The position numbers and the translations under genes are program-made. Under the pieces are notes generated by a model. The model made no database searches. It worked only from the letters and a program-made list of their open reading frames with translations, and was not told where the DNA came from. Source: Synechococcus elongatus PCC 6301 (GTDB lineage Bacteria > Cyanobacteriota > Cyanobacteriia > Synechococcales > Synechococcaceae). From it: a stretch of 32,000 nt of DNA. Where the stretch lies: contig NC_006576.1 in assembly GCF_000010065.1 (NCBI RefSeq), positions 2,664,256 through 2,696,255 on the forward strand, given 5' to 3'. Positions within the stretch are counted from its first letter, which is position 1. Every line of letters begins with the position of its first letter. Shown here in pieces: positions 22,173-30,825 of the stretch.

Positions 22173-23192
22173 ATGCGGGCGTTGCTCTGTGGCTATTACG
22201 GAGAGGGCAATGGGGGAGATGAGGCGCTGTTGGCAGCGCTGTTGCAACTCTTGCCGCCGACAGTGGAACCGCTGGTGCTGTCGGGGAATCCTGCGGCAAC
22301 TCGCACTTGCTACGGCGTAGAAGCTTGCGATCGCCGATCGGGGGCTGCGGTTTGGCAGGCACTGCGACGCAGTGATCTATTCATCTTTGGCGGCGGCAGC
22401 CTGATTCAAGATGTCACAAGCTGGACGAGCCCTCTCTACTACTGCGGTCTGATGGGGCTGGCACAACAGTTAGGTCTCAAAACGATCGCCTGGGCCCAGG
22501 GCATTGGGCCACTGCAGCGCAAACGAACCCGCTGGTTGGCACGCCGAACGTTTCAGCACTGCGATCGCATTACAGTGCGCGATCGCGGTTCTGCTGCCTT
22601 GCTAAAAGAGTGGGGGATTTCTGTGGCGATTGCCCCGGATCCCGTTTGGGCTTTAGAGCCGCTGCCTTTAGATCAGCCGCTGTCGAACCAAGAGGCGATC
22701 GCGGTTTGTCTGCGGCCCCACCCTGAGTTGACGCCTGAGCGCAGCGATCGCTTGAAAGCTGCCCTGACAACTCTGCAATCGCAAACCCAAGCACCCATCC
22801 TGCTGATTCCCTTCCACCACCAGCAAGATCGACCACTGGCCGCGCAATGGGCAAGCGAAATTCCCCAAGCAGAAGTTTTGGACTGGCAGCATCCGCGCCA
22901 GCTCCTCAGCTACTTTCAGTCGGTGCGATTAACGATCGCCATGCGCTTCCATGGATTAGTGATGGCAGCAGCGGCTGGAAATCGTTGCTTTGGCCTCAGC
23001 TATGACCCCAAAGTGCGCCGTTTCCTGGATGCCCTTGAGCAACCCGGCTGGGATTTGCCGGAGATTCCAGACTCTGCTGAGGCGATCGCGGCCGCTTGGT
23101 TAGAATCTTGGCAAGCAGAACCGATTCATGCCGCTGCGATCGCGGACCTCCGTCAGCAAGTGGATGTCCATCGCCAGGCTTTAGTTTTTTGA
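22173..23192 (+). CDS. csaB: Polysaccharide pyruvyl transferase CsaB-like
   Basis: 'RALLCGYYGEGNGGDEALLAALLQLLP', 'FGGGSLIQDVTSWTSPLYYCGLMGLAQQLGLKTIAWAQGIGPL', 'ITVRDRGSAALLKEWGI' and 'LTIAMRFHGLVMAAAAGNRCFGLSYDPKVRRFLD'. Confidence 0.85.
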   Translation: MRALLCGYYGEGNGGDEALLAALLQLLPPTVEPLVLSGNPAATRTCYGVEACDRRSGAAVWQALRRSDLFIFGGGSLIQDVTSWTSPLYYCGLMGLAQQLGLKTIAWAQGIGPLQRKRTRWLARRTFQHCDRITVRDRGSAALLKEWGISVAIAPDPVWALEPLPLDQPLSNQEAIAVCLRPHPELTPERSDRLKAALTTLQSQTQAPILLIPFHHQQDRPLAAQWASEIPQAEVLDWQHPRQLLSYFQSVRLTIAMRFHGLVMAAAAGNRCFGLSYDPKVRRFLDALEQPGWDLPEIPDSAEAIAAAWLESWQAEPIHAAAIADLRQQVDVHRQALVF

Positions 23193-23251
23193 TGTGGGTC
23201 GCTTGACCATTTCAGCTTGACTCTCGTCAGGATTAACGCCACAGAGCAATA

Positions 23252-23677
23252 TTAATCTTCCAGGGCAACCATCACATCGCTGGATTTGATCATGGTGTAG
23301 GCCTCCTGATCGACTTGTAGTTGTAGCCCTTCGACAGAAGCCCGAGTGATGACAGAAACGACTGTGACGTTTGGTGCAATTTCTAACAAAACTTCTGCAT
23401 TCACCTGACCCATCTGAATCTGGCGAATGACAGCAGTAAAGACGTTGCGAGCGCTGACCCGCATCGGTCGAGGTCCGTCTTGACTGACTGGTTGATGATG
23501 GGAGGCTGGTGACGTCGGTGCAGAATTGGAAGGCGTTGAAGCTGATGGCAGCGATCGCACGAGTTCACGCAAAACATCGGTTTTAGATCGTTGAGTCTGT
23601 TCGCAATAGTTCTCTAAAAGTTGTTGCTCAGCACTGGGTAGCTGAAAGGTAATCCAGCCCTGATCTTTGCGCGGCAT
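23252..23677 (-). CDS. Putative molybdate-responsive regulator: ribbon-helix-helix-like N-terminus fused to a TOBE/Mop (molbindin) domain
   Basis: 'WITFQLPSAEQQLLENYCEQTQRSKTDVLRELVRSL' (RHH-like), then 'VSARNVFTAVIRQIQMGQVNAEVLLEIAPNVTVVSVITRASVEGLQLQVDQEAYTMIKSSDVMVALED' (Mop/TOBE). Divergent from modA. Confidence 0.8.
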   Translation of the reverse strand: MPRKDQGWITFQLPSAEQQLLENYCEQTQRSKTDVLRELVRSLPSASTPSNSAPTSPASHHQPVSQDGPRPMRVSARNVFTAVIRQIQMGQVNAEVLLEIAPNVTVVSVITRASVEGLQLQVDQEAYTMIKSSDVMVALED

Positions 23678-23767
23678 CCTGAATACCAATAGAGTTGGTA
23701 AGATCTTGACATAGGGTTAGTAGCTCTTCCATGATTGAGTAATTAGTGAAGAAAAATCGTCAACCCA

Positions 23768-24583
23768 ATGGGTGCTCAGCGCTGGCGATATGGTCTGCTT
23801 GCGGGACTTGTAGCGATCGCCTGCACCATTGGATTTCCACCCTTTTTGTCCCTCCTTGCCCCTCAGTTATCTCCGCCTGCGAAGGGGTCGGAACTCCTTG
23901 TGGCGGCAGCGGCTAGTTTGCAAAATCCCTTGCAGGAGATTACGACACTCGAGTCTGTCGATGCTCCCAAAATGACAGTTCGCTACACCTTTGCAGCCTC
24001 TGGAGCACTACAGCGACAGATTGAACAAGGCGCACCGATTGATGTCTTTATTTCTGCTGCCCAAAAGCCTATGCAGCTTCTGCAAAAACAAGGCTTAGTT
24101 TTACCAGAGACTCAAACAGAACTGCTCACGAATCAACTGGTTTTAATTGTTCCTAAGATTGCCGATAGCAATATCACGTCTTTTCAAGACCTCTTAAAAC
24201 CGACTATTCAGCGCCTTGCGATTGGCGAGCCTCGGAGTGTTCCTGCTGGCCAGTATGCGATTGAAGTCTTGCAAAACCTTGGCATTCTTGATCAACTGCA
24301 GTCCAAGCTTGTACTCAGCAATAATGTCAAAGCAGTGTTGACAGCCGTTGAGACCGGTAACGTTGATGCTGGGATTGTTTATCTCACGGATGCACAAGGC
24401 TCTAATCAAGTCATTGTGACTTGCACGGCAGACCCAGAGCTACACTCGCATATCATTTACCCTGTTGCAGTCCTTCGATCGAGTCAATCCATTCCTCAAG
24501 CCAAGCAATACCTCAAATTCCTCAAGGGTGAGCTTGCGCAGGCAGTTTTTAAACGCTACGGATTTGGAGTCCCAGCTGCTTGA
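23768..24583 (+). CDS. modA: Molybdate ABC transporter periplasmic binding protein
   Basis: Signal-like N-terminus, 'ELLVAAAASLQNPLQEIT', 'VRYTFAASGALQRQIEQGAPIDVFISAAQKPMQLLQKQGL', 'RLAIGEPRSVPAGQYAIEVL', 'VLTAVETGNVDAGIVYLTDA'. Confidence 0.92.
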   Translation: MGAQRWRYGLLAGLVAIACTIGFPPFLSLLAPQLSPPAKGSELLVAAAASLQNPLQEITTLESVDAPKMTVRYTFAASGALQRQIEQGAPIDVFISAAQKPMQLLQKQGLVLPETQTELLTNQLVLIVPKIADSNITSFQDLLKPTIQRLAIGEPRSVPAGQYAIEVLQNLGILDQLQSKLVLSNNVKAVLTAVETGNVDAGIVYLTDAQGSNQVIVTCTADPELHSHIIYPVAVLRSSQSIPQAKQYLKFLKGELAQAVFKRYGFGVPAA

Positions 24584-25245
24584 CTGAGGTATTGAGCCTT
24601 CTGACCCCCCTGTGGGTTTCCCTCAAAGTCGCTCTCTCATCAACCCTAGTTGTGTTGGGAGTTGGGACCTTAGCGGGCTATCAGATGAGTCGCTATCGAG
24701 GGCGATCGCGATCGCTGATTGAGGGTTGTTTAATTGCACCGCTGATTATGCCGCCAACGGTCGTCGGCTTTATTCTATTGATGGTGTTGGGAAAGAGTAG
24801 TGTGATCGGGCAGTTTCTTGCTCGTTATGATTTGCAAATTATTTTCACGACTACCGGAGCTGCGATCGCAGCTAGTATTGTTGCTTTCCCATTAATGTAT
24901 CGAGCGGCTCTGGGAGCATTTGAGCAAATTGATGCCCTCCTTCTCGATGCGGCTCGCTTGGATGGAGCTTCAGAGGTAGAAGTGTTTTTCTGTATTGCCC
25001 TGCCTTCAGCCTGGCCTGGCATCCTAGCAGGAACAGTGCTGACCTTTGCACGGGCCTTGGGTGAATTTGGAGCAACGCTGATGGTTGCTGGGAATATCCC
25101 CGGTCAAACACAAACGATGCCGATGGCCATCTACTTTGCAGTGGAAGCGGGTCAAACTCAAGAAGCTTGGTTTTGGACAGTGATCATTTTGGGTACGGCC
25201 TATTGCGGCATTGTTGCTGTCAATGCTTGGCAAGCCTTACGCTAG
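24580..25245 (+). CDS. modB: Molybdate ABC transporter permease
   Basis: 'LIAPLIMPPTVVGFILLMVLG', 'LLLDAARLDGASEVEVFFCIALPSAWPGILAGTVLTFARALGEFGATLMVAGNIPGQTQTMPMAIY'. The TTG start overlaps the modA stop. Confidence 0.93.
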   Translation: MTEVLSLLTPLWVSLKVALSSTLVVLGVGTLAGYQMSRYRGRSRSLIEGCLIAPLIMPPTVVGFILLMVLGKSSVIGQFLARYDLQIIFTTTGAAIAASIVAFPLMYRAALGAFEQIDALLLDAARLDGASEVEVFFCIALPSAWPGILAGTVLTFARALGEFGATLMVAGNIPGQTQTMPMAIYFAVEAGQTQEAWFWTVIILGTAYCGIVAVNAWQALR

Positions 25246-25300
25246 AACCGTATTCCTGCAGTCACGATCTGGCGGGATTGAATCACAGGCGATCGCCCTA

Positions 25301-26062
25301 ATGCCCAGCGCTGTTCTCGACCTGAAATTTAAGATTTGGCGGCAGGCATCTGCGCAAGCTACAGGTCAGTTCAAAACCTATGCGTTGCAGCAAGCCTCCG
25401 CCGATCTATCTCTGCTGGAGGCTCTCGACTCTTTGAATGAGCAGCTAATTACTCAAGGGGAAGACCCGATCGCTTTCGACCACGATTGTCGAGAGGGAAT
25501 TTGTGGGTCCTGTGGATTTTTGGTGAATGGGCAAGCCCATGGGCCACTAGCCGGTACCAGTGTTTGTCAACTCTATCTGCGTCACTTCCAGTCTGGCGAT
25601 TGTCTGACGCTAGAACCTTGGCGGGCTCAGGCGTTCCCCTTGGTTAAAGACTTAGTTGTCGATCGTAGTGCTCTCGATCGCATCATCCAAGCAGGAGGAT
25701 ACTGCTCGGTCAACACGGGGAATGCACCTGAGGCCAACGCAATTTTGATTAGTCAGGCGGAGGCTGCTCAAGCCTTTGATGCCGCCGTTTGTATTGGTTG
25801 TGGAGCTTGTGTCGCTGCCTGTAAAAATGCTTCTGCCAGCTTGTTTACTGCAGCTAAACTGGCGCACTTATCGCTGCTCCCCCAAGGGCAACCCGAGCGA
25901 TCGCAGCGCGTCTTAAACCTCGTTACCCAGATGGAAGCAGAGGGCTTTGGCAGTTGCAGCAGCCTCTTGGAATGTCAGGCCGTTTGTCCCAAGGAAATCT
26001 CCGCCGACTGGATCAGCCGTATGCAACGTCAATACTGGCAAGCCCTCTGGCAGCAACGTTAA
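25301..26062 (+). CDS. sdhB: Succinate dehydrogenase/fumarate reductase iron-sulfur subunit
   Basis: 2Fe-2S 'FDHDCREGICGSCGFLVNGQ...CQLYL' plus two C-terminal clusters 'CIGCGACVAACKNAS' and 'CSSLLECQAVCPKEIS'. The ORF extends upstream to 25211, but the homologous region starts near M at 25301. Confidence 0.88.
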   Translation: MPSAVLDLKFKIWRQASAQATGQFKTYALQQASADLSLLEALDSLNEQLITQGEDPIAFDHDCREGICGSCGFLVNGQAHGPLAGTSVCQLYLRHFQSGDCLTLEPWRAQAFPLVKDLVVDRSALDRIIQAGGYCSVNTGNAPEANAILISQAEAAQAFDAAVCIGCGACVAACKNASASLFTAAKLAHLSLLPQGQPERSQRVLNLVTQMEAEGFGSCSSLLECQAVCPKEISADWISRMQRQYWQALWQQR

Positions 26063-26184
26063 GACTGGATCAGTAAATCCTAGGATTCAGTTGTTCTAGA
26101 GACTCGAGTACATTAATTAGCGCTATGAAGTTGTCGCCCGAGCTATAGCTGCGCTAGGCTTGCAGCAACTTTTGATGCTTTCAC

Positions 26185-28392
26185 ATGGATCTACTATCAA
26201 ATTTGCGGCGATCTTCGATTGTCTTGAACCGATTTTATGTGAAGTCATTAAGTCAGTCAGATTTGACTGCTTACGAGTATCGGTGCATTTTTAAAAAGAC
26301 TCCAGAGCTAGGAGATGAGAAACGTTTACTGGCTAGCATTTGCTATAAGTTAGGTGCAATCGCCGTCAGGATCGGCAGCAATATTATCACCAAAGAAGCC
26401 GTTAGACCCGAAAAATTACAGGGGCATGATTGGCAACTTGTACAAATGGGAACTAAACAGCTCGATTGCCGTAATGACGCTCATCGATGTGCTTTGGAAA
26501 CCTTTGAGCGGAAATTTTTAGAAAGAGACTTGTCTGCTAGTTCTCAAACAGAGGTCCGAAAAGCAGCTGAAGGGGGATTGATTTGGTGGGTAGTAGGAGC
26601 CAAAGGTATTGAAAAAAGTGGCAACGGTTGGGAAGTTCATCGCGGTCGAAGAATTGATGTCAGTCTAGATGCCGAAGGGAATCTCTATCTAGAAATTGAT
26701 ATCCATCATCGCTTCTATACTCCTTGGACGGTTCATCAATGGCTAGAACAATATCCAGAGATACCTCTCAGCTATGTTCGCAATAACTATCTTGATGAAA
26801 GGCATGGGTTTATCAATTGGCAATATGGCAGGTTCACTCAAGAGAGGCCGCAAGATATTTTATTAGATTGTTTAGGAATGAGTTTGGCAGAATATCATCT
26901 TAATAAAGGCGCCACAGAAGAGGAAGTACAGCAGTCTTATGTAGTCTATGTCAAACCTATTAGCTGGCGAAAAGGTAAGCTAACAGCCCATCTCTCACGC
27001 AGGCTATCGCCCAGTCTGACCATGGAGATGCTCGCCAAAGTGGCAGAAGACAGCACTGTATGCGATCGCGAAAAACGTGAAATCAGAGCTGTTTTTAAGA
27101 GCATCAAACAGTCTATTAACCAGCGTCTCCAGGAAGCCCAAAAGACAGCTAGTTGGATCCTCACAAAAACCTACGGGATATCGAGTCCTGCGATCGCACT
27201 CTCTTGCGATGGTTATCTGTTGCCTGCCGCTAAGTTACTAGCTGCGAATAAGCAGCCTGTCTCCAAGACTGCGGATATTCGCAATAAAGGATGTGCCAAG
27301 ATTGGTGAAACCAGTTTTGGCTACCTTAATCTTTATAACAATCAACTTCAATATCCTTTGGAGGTTCATAAATGTCTACTGGAAATTGCAAACAAGAACA
27401 ATCTGCAACTATCCCTCGATCAACGTCGAGTCCTAAGTGATTATCCTCAGGACGATCTCGACCAGCAAATGTTTTGGCAAACTTGGTCTAGCCAAGGAAT
27501 CAAAACTGTTCTAGTCGTTATGCCTTGGGATTCCCATCACGATAAACAGAAAATTCGTATTCAAGCGATTCAGGCAGGCATTGCTACTCAATTTATGGTG
27601 CCGCTACCAAAGGCTGATAAGTATAAAGCTCTTAACGTCACTCTTGGACTATTGTGCAAAGCAGGTTGGCAGCCTATCCAACTTGAATCCGTTGATCATC
27701 CCGAAGTAGCTGATCTGATTATTGGCTTTGATACCGGCACGAATCGAGAGCTCTACTATGGAACTTCTGCCTTTGCCGTTCTTGCTGATGGACAGAGCCT
27801 AGGATGGGAACTACCTGCTGTACAGGGGGGAGAAACATTCTCAGGTCAAGCGATTTGGCAAACTGTCTCGAAGTTGATCATCAAGTTTTATCAGATTTGT
27901 CAGCGCTATCCTCAGAAGCTGTTGTTAATGCGAGATGGATTAGTCCAGGAGGGTGAATTTCAACAAACAATCGAGCTACTAAAAGAGAGAAAAATTGCTG
28001 TTGATGTTATCAGTGTTCGGAAAAGTGGAGCTGGACGTATGGGGCAAGAAATCTATGAAAATGGTCAGCTTGTCTACCGAGATGCAGCCATCGGTAGTGT
28101 AATCTTACAGCCAGCCGAACGCTCATTCATCATGGTGACGAGTCAACCTGTGAGTAAAACGATTGGAAGTATTCGACCACTACGAATCGTGCATGAATAT
28201 GGCAGTACGGATCTAGAGCTTTTGGCTCTGCAAACCTATCATCTGACCCAGCTTCATCCAGCGAGTGGTTTCCGCTCTTGCCGCCTTCCTTGGGTGCTGC
28301 ATTTAGCCGATCGGAGTAGTAAAGAGTTTCAGCGAATTGGACAAATTAGTGTTTTGCAAAATATCAGTCGCGATAAGTTAATTGCGGTCTAA
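26185..28392 (+). CDS. ago: Long prokaryotic Argonaute (735 aa) with apparently intact catalytic PIWI domain, S. elongatus Ago type
   Basis: C-terminal PIWI: 'ADLIIGFDTGTNRELYYG', 'GGETFSGQAIWQTV', 'KLLLMRDGLVQEGEF' and 'HLTQLHPASGFRSCRLPWVLHLADRSSKEF', consistent with a DEDD tetrad. MID-like 'VVMPWDSHHDKQKIRIQAIQAGIATQFMVP'. Confidence 0.92.
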   Translation: MDLLSNLRRSSIVLNRFYVKSLSQSDLTAYEYRCIFKKTPELGDEKRLLASICYKLGAIAVRIGSNIITKEAVRPEKLQGHDWQLVQMGTKQLDCRNDAHRCALETFERKFLERDLSASSQTEVRKAAEGGLIWWVVGAKGIEKSGNGWEVHRGRRIDVSLDAEGNLYLEIDIHHRFYTPWTVHQWLEQYPEIPLSYVRNNYLDERHGFINWQYGRFTQERPQDILLDCLGMSLAEYHLNKGATEEEVQQSYVVYVKPISWRKGKLTAHLSRRLSPSLTMEMLAKVAEDSTVCDREKREIRAVFKSIKQSINQRLQEAQKTASWILTKTYGISSPAIALSCDGYLLPAAKLLAANKQPVSKTADIRNKGCAKIGETSFGYLNLYNNQLQYPLEVHKCLLEIANKNNLQLSLDQRRVLSDYPQDDLDQQMFWQTWSSQGIKTVLVVMPWDSHHDKQKIRIQAIQAGIATQFMVPLPKADKYKALNVTLGLLCKAGWQPIQLESVDHPEVADLIIGFDTGTNRELYYGTSAFAVLADGQSLGWELPAVQGGETFSGQAIWQTVSKLIIKFYQICQRYPQKLLLMRDGLVQEGEFQQTIELLKERKIAVDVISVRKSGAGRMGQEIYENGQLVYRDAAIGSVILQPAERSFIMVTSQPVSKTIGSIRPLRIVHEYGSTDLELLALQTYHLTQLHPASGFRSCRLPWVLHLADRSSKEFQRIGQISVLQNISRDKLIAV

Positions 28393-28428
28393 GCGTGATG
28401 GCTCAGTACTCGCCCGAGCCACGGCTGG

Positions 28429-28914
28429 ATGCAATTTATGGGTACAGCCTCTAGGATGGCGTCAACGCAGAGGGCGAAGCCGATGGAGATGCCCCGCATC
28501 AGTCGCGATACAGCCCGCATGTTGGTCAATTACCTGACCTATCAAGCGGTCTGTGTGATTCGGGATCAATTGGCTGAGACGAATCCGGCCGGTGCATACC
28601 GGCTGCAGGTTTTCTCGGCTGAGTTCTCCTTTCAGGATGGAGAAGCTTACCTAGCAGCTCTACTCAACCACGATCGCGAATTGGGCCTGCGGGTGATGAC
28701 AGTACGGGAACATTTGGCCGAGCATATTCTCGACTACCTGCCGGAGATGACGATCGCTCAGATCCAGGAGGCGAATATTAATCATCGCCGTGCTTTGCTT
28801 GAACGGCTGACGGGTCTTGGGGCAGAGCCTAGCTTGCCGGAGACCGAGGTGAGCGATCGCCCCAGTGACTCAGCCACTCCTGATGATGCTTCTAATGCCT
28901 CCCATGCGGATTGA
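28429..28914 (+). CDS. rbcX: RbcX, Rubisco assembly chaperone; start uncertain (possibly 28483 or 28489)
   Basis: '[105 protein letters not shown]' matches the RbcX pattern, including the YLTYQA helix. Confidence 0.9.
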
Positions 28915-29584
28915 AATTGTTCAACACGTTGATTTTGAAGGGCCTGCCGCGATCGCCCCGTGGCTTGTAGAACGGGGTCATCAACTCTCGACAACGCTGC
29001 TCTCGGCCGGAGATCCATTGCCGGATTGGCGCGATCGTGAAGCGGCGATCATCATGGGTGGGCCGATGAGTGTCGATGAGAATGAGGACTATCCTTGGCT
29101 GCTGACGGAAAAGCAGTGGCTGCAAACGGCGATCGCTGCCGATAAAAAGCTTGTTGGCATTTGCTTGGGGGCGCAACTGCTCGCGCAAGCCCTTGGAGCA
29201 ACGGTCGCACCGGGGCCAGAGCCAGAAATTGGTTGGTTCCCGATTCAGTTCAGCGCGGCGGCGCAGGCGATCGCGGGCATTCCGGCGGAACTGATTGCCT
29301 TTCATTGGCATGGGGACCAGTTTTCCCTGCCACCGGCAGCAATCTCCCTCGCCCAAAGTGCTGTCTGTCCTCAACAGGGTTTTCTCTGGGGCGATCGTAT
29401 TTTGGGGTTGCAGTGCCATCTGGAAATGACTCCTGCAGCGATCGCCACGCTCACCAAAGCGGCGGCAGCGGATCTGCGCCCTGCTCGTTTCATCCAGTCC
29501 CCTCAGACCATGCTGGCCGGTTGTGATCGCTGTTCCAGTAACCATGCCGTGCTATTTGCACTGCTGACTAATTTGGGATTCTGA
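28904..29584 (+). CDS. Class I glutamine amidotransferase domain protein (GMP synthase GATase-like)
   Basis: '[29 protein letters not shown]', '[14 protein letters not shown]', nucleophile elbow '[17 protein letters not shown]', '[12 protein letters not shown]' and '[10 protein letters not shown]'. Confidence 0.88.
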
Positions 29585-29937
29585 TCCTCCCTGACGGCAT
29601 TGACCTATTCGGCGGTAGTAGACCCATACTTCTTGTCTTGAGCAAGGTGGAGCGATCGCGGCAAGAATGTTCTGTCTCAATCAACGATGCCTTGATGACA
29701 GCGATCGCCCTGCCTCGGCGTAGCGCGTTGGTATCCAGACACCAGGAAGATTTTTGTGGCATTGCGGATCTGAAATCACTCAGCCCTTGGGGCAATCAGA
29801 AATTTGAGCCAGAGTTTTTGCCAAAATTTTTCACTGCACAGCTGTAGATGGTAGGTCAGTAGAACTCGTATCAAGGGTAACGGTTCTTATTGGTTGACTT
29901 TAATACTTTAAAATTCTGACTCACCTCTCACAAGCCA

Positions 29938-30336
29938 GTGCTCTTACTCAACTCTTTTTTGAAGAACTGGATGGCAGTTGTTTGTATCCTAAGCACAGCG
30001 GCTTGCACCTCAAATCAATCAGGCAAACTCTTTGAATCTGTTCAACCTGCGAGAGGCTCAGGAAACAGTCAGCAGACAATTGTAATTGACGTCGAAAACA
30101 AGTATAAAATTGCTCGCCAACAAGGTGATCTAGAACAGATCTGTAAACGAGCTCAGCTTACTGCAAGCACTTATTTTTATATACAAGGTTATGACTCTAC
30201 TACCCATCAGTTTTGGAAGTCAATTGAGAGTCGAGACTGTAAAGCATTTCAAGCAGAGGAATCTCGTATGCTCAAAGAAGAGGCTATTCAAATGATTAGT
30301 CCTTTCCGGAGTGTGATGAATCAAACGATTGATTAA
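29938..30336 (+). CDS. Small hypothetical lipoprotein (132 aa; M at 29971 is an alternative start)
   Basis: N-terminal hydrophobic stretch ending in lipobox-like 'LSTAAC', followed by a short soluble domain; no family recognised. Confidence 0.55.
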   Translation: MLLLNSFLKNWMAVVCILSTAACTSNQSGKLFESVQPARGSGNSQQTIVIDVENKYKIARQQGDLEQICKRAQLTASTYFYIQGYDSTTHQFWKSIESRDCKAFQAEESRMLKEEAIQMISPFRSVMNQTID

Positions 30337-30485
30337 GAGAGTTAAGATAAATTGAACAGAGCTAATGACTTATATCAACACTTGCTGAATGGGTGGTCGA
30401 GAACCTCTCTAAGCAAGGAAACTTACATAGCAACAGTTATACCTCTGCTTGTGAAATTTACTCTGTGGCTGTAATCATTGTGATG

Positions 30486-30788
30486 CTAAGACCTACCTAG
30501 CTTGGAGACCTGAAGAGACTGTATAAGCCATAAATGAGCTGGCTTGATACTGACCGGTTCAAAGTCAATGCAGCAGATAGCTTCTTCAGAGAATGCTTGG
30601 CAAGGGCGAACAGTGCACTTAAGCCTGTGGTCGCCGGTGGAAAAGGCACATCGGTTACAGGGAACTTGATGCAATCGTTTTAGCTGTGCTGCTCCATCCT
30701 GTAAGGCACATAAAACAGATAAGAAAAAGAGTGTTAGAACTAGCCAAATGCAAATGGGGCAAACTGAGTTAATGATGATTTGATTCAT
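30486..30788 (-). CDS. Small Cys-rich protein with N-terminal TM/signal segment (100 aa)
   Basis: 'MNQIIINSVCPICIWLVLTLFFLSVLCALQDG...LHQVPCNRCAFSTGDHRLKCTVRPCQAFSEEAICCIDFEP'. Only 37 nt downstream of the stop of the isiC-like gene, same strand. Confidence 0.7.
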   Translation of the reverse strand: MNQIIINSVCPICIWLVLTLFFLSVLCALQDGAAQLKRLHQVPCNRCAFSTGDHRLKCTVRPCQAFSEEAICCIDFEPVSIKPAHLWLIQSLQVSKLGRS

Positions 30789-30825
30789 GATCGTAAGAAG
30801 ATGTAACCAGGCTTAATGTAAAGCT

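Noticed and set aside
30337-30485. Possible tRNA or other ncRNA between convergent genes
   Set aside because: No TTCGA-type T-loop with a matching acceptor stem was found.
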